Of a stretch of DNA of 16,000 nt, positions 11,501-16,000 are shown in pieces. The stretch spans positions 296,749 through 312,748 of the forward strand of contig CBDEUM010000038.1 of the NCBI GenBank assembly GCA_965242925.1. The letters are read 5' to 3'. The notes beneath the pieces are model-generated. The model searched no databases. It saw only the letters and a list, made by a program, of their open reading frames with translations, and had not been told where the DNA came from. This stretch comes from Roseibacillus sp. (GTDB lineage: Bacteria; Verrucomicrobiota; Verrucomicrobiia; Verrucomicrobiales; Akkermansiaceae). The position numbers and the translations under genes are program-made. Each line of letters starts with the position of its first letter. The stretch's first letter is position 1.

Positions 11501-13870
11501 GTCGTTGAGAAAATCGGACGGCTTCATCGCGATCGAGACCGAGGGAATATCGAGGAGGGCTTCCGCTACGCTGTAACCCGGGAGCGTGTTGTTGACGACG
11601 CGCCGGTCCATCGCGTAATCGGCAGGCACGATGGATCCGGCATCGGAGCTGTAGTTCCAGTCGGTGGGCCAGCCGCGCGGGGCCGCAGGTTGCCGGGCGA
11701 CTCTGTCGACGAAGATATACGTCTGGGTGTCTGTGTTGGTCGAAAGCCAGTCCGCCTTGTAGGCGACTGCGCGCAAGGTGGTGGTGGTGTTGATGGAGAC
11801 CGGTTCACTGTAGATCGTGCCACGGGTAGGCGATGGTTTCGAGCCGTCGGTGGTATAGCGGATGGAGGCGTCGCGGGAATCGCTGGAGATGGAGACTGAG
11901 ATCGGGGCGCTGTAGAATCCGCGATCGACATCGAATCTGGTGTCCTTGACTACCCCCGGGAATCCGTTCCCGTTGGCAGCCCCGGGGGTAGGGGGACTGA
12001 AGAATCGAGGGGACCCGGTGTCGGCCTGTGAACCGTAGGAAATGTCGGTGAACTGCCCGGGGAAGGAGGGGTGGAAGGCGTCATCGATGGTCGCGCCGTC
12101 CGGGCGCACGATGGCAAGGTATTCACCGACGGCCTCGAGCTTGAAGTTGGTATGCGGATTTCCTTCGGGATCGACCTGGTTGATCCCGGAAGCGAAGACC
12201 ACGAGGTAGTCATTTCCGGAGATGACAACGTCCGGGAATGCCCACTTGGTGAGGTTGTCGGGATCGTCGGTCAGGTAGTAGGAGTTGAGATTGAGCGCGA
12301 TGGGATTGGGGTTATAGATTTCGATCCAGTCCTCGCGGGTGTCGAATCCGTCCCGCAGGCCGGTTCGATTGCCTGCAAGGATCTCGTTGATAACGAGAGG
12401 GAGGAGGAGATCGGGGAAGTTGGCCGGATTGTTCGGGTCAGAGCCCCCGTTGATTTCAACCGGATCGCCGAAGCCGTCCCCATCGCTGTCGACCATGTTG
12501 GGGTTGGTGAGATGTCCGTTGTCGAGCGAGATTTCAGTTGCATCATCAAGGCCGTCCCCATCGGTGTCCCTGAGGAGGGGGCTGGATCCGGGATTCGTCG
12601 CTCCATTGAAGACTCCGCTCCCGTTTTCGAGGTCGTCGTTCAGTCCGTCGCCATCCGTGTCACTCCTGACAGGGTTGCTGCCGAGGGTCTGCTCCTGCAG
12701 GTTGCTGAGGAGGTCGCCGTCATTGTTGCCGACTCCCGTGGCGGTGGTGACGTTGCCGAACCAGGTGAGTTCCCATCCGTCATCGAGGCCATCGAAATCG
12801 GAGTCGTTGACCAGTTCCAGGGGGAAGGCCTTCTGGTAAGTGTGCCCGAGGAGATCGGTAGTCTGCACCCGCACGGAAAGGATTGTCCCGGCGGCAAAGG
12901 TAGTGAGGTCACGGTTGGTGTGGAGTTGATCGCCCACAATGTCGAACTCTCCATTGTGATTGTCCCCGGCGCCGGGGATCAGACTGTATGTGAAGGAATC
13001 CCCGGGGGTGATATCCGTGGAAGTCAGGGTTCCGACCACGGTTCCCACGATGGCACTGTGCGAGATCGTGTTACCGGAAAGGGCGAGGTCGGTAGGAGAA
13101 TCCGGAGGACTGGTCTGGGTGATTTCGAAGCCGTTAATGACCGCGAACTGGGTGTGGACCGAGGTGGTCGACAACGGGATCACACGCAGGATGAGGTCCT
13201 GCCCGGGCATGGCCTGGAAATCAAATTCAACGGTGGAAGGCAGGGTTTCGGGGTGGGGACCGCCATAGGTCTGAGCGCTGGCAGGATTGCCTCCCGGGGA
13301 GCTATCGGTCTGCCGGAAGGCACCCCCTGCTTCCGGGCCCTCCACCAGGGTATAGGAGCCGCCTCCATTGGTGGAATACTCGACCAGGAAGAGCCCGTTC
13401 ATGTGCTCGGTATCATGATGGAAGGAGCGCCAGTGATAGGTCGCAGCCGGCAGGTTCTCGAGGGTGAAGGTGATTCGGGTGGGGGTGCCGTTCACGCCGT
13501 CATAGTCACCATTCCCGCCATTGCCGCTGCGGGTGTCGACTCCGATCCAGTCGGTGACGAGGTCCAGTTTGCTCCCGGTCCAGTTCCCGTCGTTGCCGCT
13601 GCCGCGGTCAATCATCTGTTGCACGCGTCTGTCGCTGGAGTCCGGGAAATCGACCGTAAGGGAGATGGTGGTTCCGAAGATGCTGTAGTCACGGGGAGAG
13701 AGGAAATCGGAGGTGCTCTCATGGGCCGCGTCGTAGGAATGGTAGCCGGTCTCGGGGTGCGGTCCTCCGTCATTGCTGGTTGAATTGAAGTCGATGAAGA
13801 ACTGGGCGGAGCAAGGTGAGGCATGGGCGGCGAGCAACAGGATGCCTAGGATGGGTTTGCGGAAGTTCAT
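8564..13870 (-). CDS. Giant (1768 aa) secreted multidomain CotH kinase-family protein with lamin-tail domains
   Basis: Uninterrupted 5.3-kb ORF with signal peptide MNFRKPILGILLLAAHASPCSA|QF. The domain order, read by eye, is itemised in the sub-features below. Confidence 0.9.
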   Translation of the reverse strand: MNFRKPILGILLLAAHASPCSAQFFIDFNSTSNDGGPHPETGYHSYDAAHESTSDFLSPRDYSIFGTTISLTVDFPDSSDRRVQQMIDRGSGNDGNWTGSKLDLVTDWIGVDTRSGNGGNGDYDGVNGTPTRITFTLENLPAATYHWRSFHHDTEHMNGLFLVEYSTNGGGSYTLVEGPEAGGAFRQTDSSPGGNPASAQTYGGPHPETLPSTVEFDFQAMPGQDLILRVIPLSTTSVHTQFAVINGFEITQTSPPDSPTDLALSGNTISHSAIVGTVVGTLTSTDITPGDSFTYSLIPGAGDNHNGEFDIVGDQLHTNRDLTTFAAGTILSVRVQTTDLLGHTYQKAFPLELVNDSDFDGLDDGWELTWFGNVTTATGVGNNDGDLLSNLQEQTLGSNPVRSDTDGDGLNDDLENGSGVFNGATNPGSSPLLRDTDGDGLDDATEISLDNGHLTNPNMVDSDGDGFGDPVEINGGSDPNNPANFPDLLLPLVINEILAGNRTGLRDGFDTREDWIEIYNPNPIALNLNSYYLTDDPDNLTKWAFPDVVISGNDYLVVFASGINQVDPEGNPHTNFKLEAVGEYLAIVRPDGATIDDAFHPSFPGQFTDISYGSQADTGSPRFFSPPTPGAANGNGFPGVVKDTRFDVDRGFYSAPISVSISSDSRDASIRYTTDGSKPSPTRGTIYSEPVSINTTTTLRAVAYKADWLSTNTDTQTYIFVDRVARQPAAPRGWPTDWNYSSDAGSIVPADYAMDRRVVNNTLPGYSVAEALLDIPSVSIAMKPSDFLNDNSSPDTGMYSNPQSRFERPCSVEYIRPDGEPGFQVDAKIEVHGNASRRPYRMQKHSLRVTFTTEFGGPGRLEYPLFPESPVDRFNKLVLRACFTDSWGLVSWGSSRYRPNDSQYIRDVWMKESLRDMGQPSSHGNFVHLYVNGLYFGLHNLTERLEDNFWAEHLGGAKEDWEVNKDLSGGGSRWNRMMSIANGNIADNRVYNSIKNYLDVVNFADYMLLHFYADSEDWPHHNGDAAANIRSGDGKYRFWCWDQEIVLDKFSWNRYGSSSGAGAPFQRLRRNAEFRMLFADRVQKHLFNEGALSEQASIDRYLGLANRIDKAIVAESARWGDTQATTPYGNTPGSSRDINADYHPPTVNNPIYFTREQHWVVERDNVINNYIPTLHDQNDSRSTIRELRANDLFPGIDAPILSQSGGVVPDGFDLNITGAEGTIHYTLDGSDPRQQGGSVNPTAQSLPTGIRLDTLLDFEAADWHYLDAGSSLSASNVVVGHASYSSSDWKHPGFNDAAWGAGPAMLGGDSTTDISGESLATIVDIGPSGNRHPTIYFRKSFIATDANSFIRITADVKRDDGAILYLNGREIGRTNMPAGTVAYSTLASTGQSGSNESNIYTIDYPLTPGDLVEGSNLLAVELHQSSTGSGDLGLDVRLSGFKPSDPPAPITLTRTETVKARIFHDSEWSALTEASFIVGTPASPGNLAITEIMYNPIGASEDSEYIELMNISPTGDIDLTDVHFDAGITYQFPAGFVLAPLQRVVIARNEAVFAETYPSEGITIAPGFFAGNLSNNGEEIALQGQDDRDIRRFIYGDSLPWPPSPDGLGFSLVLSSPTSNPDHSVPGNWRASVALGGAPGGDDSVPFAGDPGIDADQDGRSAFFEFATGSSDTEPAEDPVITLGLTSLNEGGAGLRNHLDISFRRNLAADEALYRAEISPDLQNWNSLDTHLVSIENHGDGTATYTYRSAFPIGSRNREFLRLQVIRR
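8567..8848 (-). other. C-terminal beta-sandwich-like module (aa ~1675-1768)
   Basis: LDISFRRNLAADEALYRAEISPDLQNWNSLD....GDGTATYTYRS.....REFLRLQVIRR. The same word order (F.W/R...Y.L..S.DL..W......G.g..T......FF/FLR) recurs in the 530-aa protein at 6517-6756. Confidence 0.4.
9026..9421 (-). other. Lamin tail domain (LTD) copy 2 (aa ~1484-1615)
   Basis: LAITEIMYNPIGASEDSEYIELMNISPTGDIDLTDVHFDAGITYQFPAGFVLAPLQRVVIARN...GNLSNNGEEIALQGQDD....FIYGDSLPWPPSPDGLGFSLVL. Confidence 0.7.
9551..10018 (-). other. Galactose-binding-like / GH2-N-like jelly-roll segment (aa ~1285-1440), apparently inserted inside a second chitobiase-C-like module
   Basis: WKHPGFNDAAWGAGPAMLG...HPTIYFRKSFIATDANSFIRITADVKRDDGAILYLNGREIGRTNMP.......GSNLLAVELHQ. 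This resembles the W..a..P...g....yYR..F......l.l....DD...vyLNG..v...n.......G.N.laV.v pattern of sugar-binding jelly rolls. Confidence 0.45.
10511..11548 (-). other. CotH (spore-coat protein H-like atypical kinase) domain (aa ~775-1120)
   Basis: CotH-family-like blocks: CSVEYIRPDG...VDAKIEVHGNASRRPYRMQKHSLRVTF, FNKLVLRACFTDSW, YIRDVWMKESLRDMGQPSSHGNFVHLYVNGLYFGLHNLTERLEDNFWAEHLGG, NFADYMLLHFYADSEDWPHHN, KYRFWCWDQEIVL, FRMLFADRVQKHLFNEGAL. Confidence 0.75.
11711..11923 (-). other. Chitobiase/beta-hexosaminidase C-terminal-like (Fn3_assoc/CHB_HEX_C) module, intact copy (aa ~650-720)
   Basis: FYSAPISVSISSDSRDASIRYTTDGSKPSPTRGTIYSEPVSINTTTTLRAVAYKADWLSTNTDTQTYIF. It shows the (I/V)(R/Y)YT.DGS.P ... 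T.(L/V)(R/K)A.A pattern. Confidence 0.6.
12026..12409 (-). other. Lamin tail domain (LTD) copy 1 (aa ~488-615)
   Basis: LVINEILAGN......DWIEIYNPNPIALNLNSYYLTDD.....KWAFPDVVISGNDYLVVFASG....NFKLEAVGEYLAIVRPDG. This is the canonical LTD pattern (INE...., EWIELYN, L.G..LtD). Confidence 0.7.
12431..12805 (-). other. Thrombospondin type-3-like Ca-binding Asp-rich repeats (aa ~356-480)
   Basis: Three D-[TS]-D-G-D-G-[LF] cores: DTDGDGLNDD (12644-12661), DTDGDGLDDA (12551-12568), DSDGDGFGDP (12473-12490). A degenerate copy, DFDGLDDGWE, lies upstream. Confidence 0.7.
12806..13099 (-). other. Cadherin-like Ig-fold domain (aa ~258-355)
   Basis: The pattern is typical of bacterial cadherin-like repeats: SPTDLALSGNTISHSAIVGTVVGTLTSTD..GDSFTYSLIPGAGDNHNGEFDIVGDQLHTNRDL......ILSVRVQTTDLLGHTYQKAFPLELVND. 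Confidence 0.55.
13115..13804 (-). other. N-terminal ~230-aa domain of unknown family (aa 23-252) with duplicated GGPHPET motif
   Basis: I recognise no family motif here. GGPHPET occurs at aa 35-41 (13748-13768) and aa 203-209 (13244-13264). The domain is Gly/Asn/Asp-rich and ends ...FAVINGFEITQ. Confidence 0.4.
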
Positions 13871-13885
13871 CAGGGGGTCCTCAGG

Positions 13886-13914
13886 AACCTAGCGGCCTGG
13901 TGGGGTAATCGCAA
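13886..13914 (-). promoter_or_regulatory. Weak sigma70-like promoter candidate for the CotH-family gene
   Basis: Minus strand: TTGCGA (13914-13909), 17-nt spacer, TAGGTT (13891-13886). It lies downstream of the preceding terminator, and its -10 hexamer ends 15 nt upstream of the ATG at 13870. The matches to consensus are only 4/6 and 3/6. Confidence 0.2.
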
Positions 13915-13962
13915 CTTTTCCGGGGCGCCGCTTCCGCGCCTTGCCCCCTCATCCAGAATATG

Positions 13963-13990
13963 AAAAAGGCCGGCGGGAAGCCGGCCTTTT
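13963..13990 (-). terminator. Rho-independent (bidirectional-type) terminator after the PEP-CTERM gene
   Basis: Perfect 7-bp GC stem GGCCGGC (13968-13974) / GCCGGCC (13980-13986) with a 5-nt loop. It is flanked by AAAAA (13963-13967) and TTTT (13987-13990), so the minus-strand RNA ends in stem plus UUUUU. A second 6-bp hairpin, GATCGA (13995-14000) / TCGATC (14007-14012), lies between it and the stop codon at 14018. Confidence 0.8.
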
Positions 13991-14017
13991 GAAGGATCGA
14001 TTCTGTTCGATCAAGGG

Positions 14018-14890
14018 TTAGCGACGACGCCGGGCGAGCAGGCCCAGCCCGATCAAGCCCAACAGAGCGGTCGAGGGCTCAGGAACGGCGTTGAGGGGAG
14101 TCGCGAAGTCGATGGCGTTGATGAGCGCCTGAGTGCCCGCCGGAGTCATGTTGGCGAGATCGTTTGCGCCGTTGTTGCCGGCGTTCGGGTCATTGTCCGT
14201 GTTGAAGAGGAGGCGAATTCCCGGGAAGGTATCCACATCCGCAGCGGCGGGATTACCCGGGGCGGATCCGATGGACCAGTAGGCAGCGAGGGTATCACCT
14301 CCCACGGTCGCCAGAATGGTCCCCCCACCAAAGGCGGTCGACCCTTGTCCGAGACCATTGAAGTTATCGGCGGCCGCGGCCACCGCGGAGAGCAAGTCGT
14401 GCGAGCCAGCCGCCAGACCAAGGATGGATGCCCCACCAGCGGTCACGAGTGACTCATCACCGCCGATCTGCTGACCTGTCGTCGTGCTGCTGCCGTGCCA
14501 GCCCATACGATTGCCGTTCTGGCGCACGGTGTAGCTGGTTAAGCTGACCACCGGGATGGTGAGCGAGTTGTAGCCGGAAGCGTCGAAGTTGTCGTAATGG
14601 CCGCTCGACAGGGATCGTCCAATGACCACGACATCGGCGGCACCGCCACCCGCAAATGCTCCCGTCCCATTGAGGGCGTCCTGAGTTCCGGCGGCATTGA
14701 AATTTGCCCAATTCGAATGCCGGATCTCGGTCACATTGGTAAAATTGGTGGAGAGGAAGGTTTCGATGTTCCCCGCTGAGTCTGCTGGAACCAAGTCGGA
14801 GAGCATGATGACCAATGCCGAGGACGGAGCGGTGCTGAGGCCGAGGACGAGTAAGGATGCCAGGGCGCCAAGTTTGTTGTGGATCTTCAT
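14018..14890 (-). CDS. PEP-CTERM-anchored secreted protein, passenger domain of unknown function
   Basis: The likely start is Met12 of track ORF 14018..14923 (ATG 14890-14888), giving MKIHNKLGALASLLVLGLSTAPSSA|LV. The C-terminus is VPEPSTALLGLIGLGLLARRRR, that is, a PEP motif, a hydrophobic helix and an Arg cluster. The passenger is Gly/Ala/Asn-rich with an alternating beta-alpha pattern (LVIMLSD, ADVVVIGRS, LTIPVVSLTSY). Confidence 0.8.
   Translation of the reverse strand: MKIHNKLGALASLLVLGLSTAPSSALVIMLSDLVPADSAGNIETFLSTNFTNVTEIRHSNWANFNAAGTQDALNGTGAFAGGGAADVVVIGRSLSSGHYDNFDASGYNSLTIPVVSLTSYTVRQNGNRMGWHGSSTTTGQQIGGDESLVTAGGASILGLAAGSHDLLSAVAAAADNFNGLGQGSTAFGGGTILATVGGDTLAAYWSIGSAPGNPAAADVDTFPGIRLLFNTDNDPNAGNNGANDLANMTPAGTQALINAIDFATPLNAVPEPSTALLGLIGLGLLARRRR
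14021..14086 (-). other. PEP-CTERM sorting signal
   Basis: The last 22 codons encode VPEPSTALLGLIGLGLLARRRR, the canonical exosortase-recognition tripartite signal. Confidence 0.85.
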
Positions 14891-15067
14891 GAGAGTGGTG
14901 ATTCGCGCTGAGTGAGATGACAAAAACCGCAGAGATTAGTCAAGGAATACTCAGAGCCTTTAGCTTTCCAAACCCTTAAAGTTTCCTGACTGGAAATGCA
15001 AGACATGTGATCAGGTGGCCGGGAGCAAAGAGAAACCCGCTGTTTACCGGGTCAGGGGGCACAGTGC

Positions 15068-16000
15068 TCACTTCCGGAGGAGGGTGCTCAGCATCTCCGA
15101 GGTCACCGCGAGGGAGATTTCCAGGCTATCGCGTGAGATGCGCCGCAGATTGTCCGCCTCGGTGTGCCACCAGCCAAACTGACTGAAATCGCCGATGACA
15201 TCGATGGTGGGGATGCCGGCATTGTTGAGTGCGACGTGGTCGTCCATGATGGGATTGAGGCTCCTGGTGAAGCGATCCAAGCTGCTGGTTTTACGGGCGG
15301 CGTCCAGGAGGGCGTCCTCAAGGAATGATGGAGTGTCGGAAGGATAACGGATTTTCAGATCCTTGTGCCCGATCATGTCCAGGATGATTCCAAATGAAGG
15401 GCTTCTGGCGGCGGTGCGCCAATGCTGCGCGTAATGCCTGCTCCCGTAGAGACCATCACTGGGACTGATGTTCTGCCCGAAGGCTTCCTCACCATCGAAG
15501 AAAACGAGTTCGATCCGGGAAGCTTTTCCGGGGTCGTCCCGGAGCTGGCGGGCTAACTCGAGGATGACGCCCACCGCGGAGGCCGCATCATCAGCCCCGA
15601 TGAATCGTCGGCCGGGGTAGAACTTGGAATCGATGTGGGCACCAAGCAGGCCGTCGATCTGATCTTCGGTGGCGGACCCAAACCGGGCGATGAGGTTAAT
15701 GAAACGCAACTGCTTCCCAAGGGGGGCTACCTGCTGGGTGAAGGGCTGGGGAGTGACGGTCCATCCGATCTGTTCCAGTTGGTCCGTGATGTAGGCACGT
15801 GTATTCTTGAGGGCGGCCGACTCGGTGGGGCGGGGGCCAAAGGAGAGGATTTCGCGGGTGTGGGCGTAGGCCGCACGCGCGCCCGTATGGGCGCGTTCGG
15901 GGGGGAGTTTGGGTTTGTTTTTCCTGCAACCCGGAAGGAGGCCGCACATGATTGGAGCGGCGAGCAGGGAGAAAAGGGCAAAAAAGAGTCGGCGGTTCAT
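15068..16000 (-). CDS. Glutaminyl-peptide cyclotransferase (animal-type/type II QC, M28 fold), probable lipoprotein
   Basis: 310-aa ORF whose ATG is exactly at the window edge (16000-15998). N-terminus is MNRRLFFALFSLLAAPIMCGLLPGC|RK (lipobox-like LPGC). By-eye matches to human QPCT (sequence recalled from memory): FIGADDAASAVGVILELAR ~ GATDSAVPCAMMLELAR; LVFFDGEEAFGQNISPSDGLYGSRHYA ~ LIFFDGEEAF..WSPQDSLYGSRHLA; ILDMIG ~ LLDLIG; DDHVALNNAGIPTIDVIGDFSQFGWWHTEADN ~ [31 protein letters not shown]. A generic M28 aminopeptidase cannot be fully excluded without a search. Confidence 0.8.
   Translation of the reverse strand: MNRRLFFALFSLLAAPIMCGLLPGCRKNKPKLPPERAHTGARAAYAHTREILSFGPRPTESAALKNTRAYITDQLEQIGWTVTPQPFTQQVAPLGKQLRFINLIARFGSATEDQIDGLLGAHIDSKFYPGRRFIGADDAASAVGVILELARQLRDDPGKASRIELVFFDGEEAFGQNISPSDGLYGSRHYAQHWRTAARSPSFGIILDMIGHKDLKIRYPSDTPSFLEDALLDAARKTSSLDRFTRSLNPIMDDHVALNNAGIPTIDVIGDFSQFGWWHTEADNLRRISRDSLEISLAVTSEMLSTLLRK

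Noticed and set aside
12473-12661. Periodic near-repeat DNA words (GCCGTCCCCATCGNTGTC-like) spaced about 90 nt apart, which a repeat or CRISPR finder might flag
   Set aside because: They are the in-frame codons of three D-(T/S)-D-G-D-G calcium-binding loops of TSP3-type repeats inside the giant ORF. The intervening sequences are coding and there is no array architecture.
12071-13783. 570-aa plus-strand ORF, the second-longest ORF in the window, antisense to the CotH-family gene
   Set aside because: It lies wholly inside, and antisense to, a minus-strand ORF with coherent multidomain protein logic. Its translation is low-complexity (Gly/Val/Asp/Glu/Arg-rich mirror of the sense Asp/Gly/Asn/Thr codons) with no signal or domain motif. 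This is a typical stop-poor shadow frame of GC-rich DNA.
14891-14923. 11-codon extension of the PEP-CTERM ORF (MSSHSARITTL)
   Set aside because: Met12 (14890) gives the usual short basic n-region (MKIHNK) before the hydrophobic core. The longer form is possible but less typical. This is low-stakes ambiguity.
15035-15052. Possible terminator after the QC gene (ACCCG-N8-CGGGT followed by UUUCUCUUU on the minus strand)
   Set aside because: The stem is only 5 bp with an 8-nt loop and an interrupted U-tract, which is too weak to call. I leave open whether the QC and PEP-CTERM genes are co-transcribed.
1-16000. Search for mobile-element, prophage, defence-island or toxin-antitoxin signatures (integrase or transposase motifs, inverted terminal repeats, tRNA attachment sites, nuclease/ATPase/methylase motifs, abrupt composition shifts)
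   Set aside because: I found none. Every long ORF is accounted for by an exported enzyme or adhesin-type protein. Composition is uniformly GC-rich apart from the promoter-like AT-rich patch at 7740-7860. There are no long direct or inverted DNA repeats that I could detect by eye.

Overview
GC-rich, densely coding 16 kb window with nine protein-coding genes, eight on the minus strand and one on the plus strand. I found no rRNA or tRNA genes, CRISPR arrays, IS/transposase/integrase genes or recognisable defence or toxin genes. Every product has an N-terminal export signal (SPI-type signal peptide, lipobox, or signal peptide plus PEP-CTERM anchor), so this looks like a secretome-rich chromosomal stretch. 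Minus strand, in transcription order: (1) animal-type (type II) glutaminyl cyclase of the M28 fold, probably a lipoprotein (16000-15068). (2) PEP-CTERM-anchored protein of unknown function (14890-14018), followed by a strong terminator. (3) 1768-aa CotH-kinase-family giant with cadherin-like, TSP3-type Ca-binding, two lamin-tail and chitobiase-C-like modules (13870-8564). (4) A probable five-gene co-directional cluster: an unknown secreted protein with a MAM/choice-of-anchor-J-like C-terminus (7590-5998), an M60 (enhancin/mucinase-like) zinc peptidase (5934-4387), a neutral-ceramidase-like hydrolase fused to two LamG domains (4246-1451), a 67-aa lipoprotein (1338-1135), and a sialate-O-acetylesterase-like esterase (1138-1). 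The esterase overlaps the lipoprotein gene as ATGA, runs off the window start, and is absent from the supplied ORF track. Plus strand: one exported cytochrome b562-like four-helix protein (7851-8306) with a UUCG-loop intrinsic terminator. The gene content (PEP-CTERM, CotH+LTD giant, LamG fusions, high GC) suggests a PVC-superphylum, Verrucomicrobiota-like chromosome; this is inference only. I do not see a clear-cut new system. The best leads are: the glutaminyl cyclase together with Gln at the predicted +1 position of four of seven SPI signal peptides; the exported CotH giant with an apparently nested domain insertion; and the esterase/ceramidase-like/M60 cluster as a possible host-glycoconjugate harvesting unit. 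All domain calls come from motif recognition by eye. No database or HMM searches were run.
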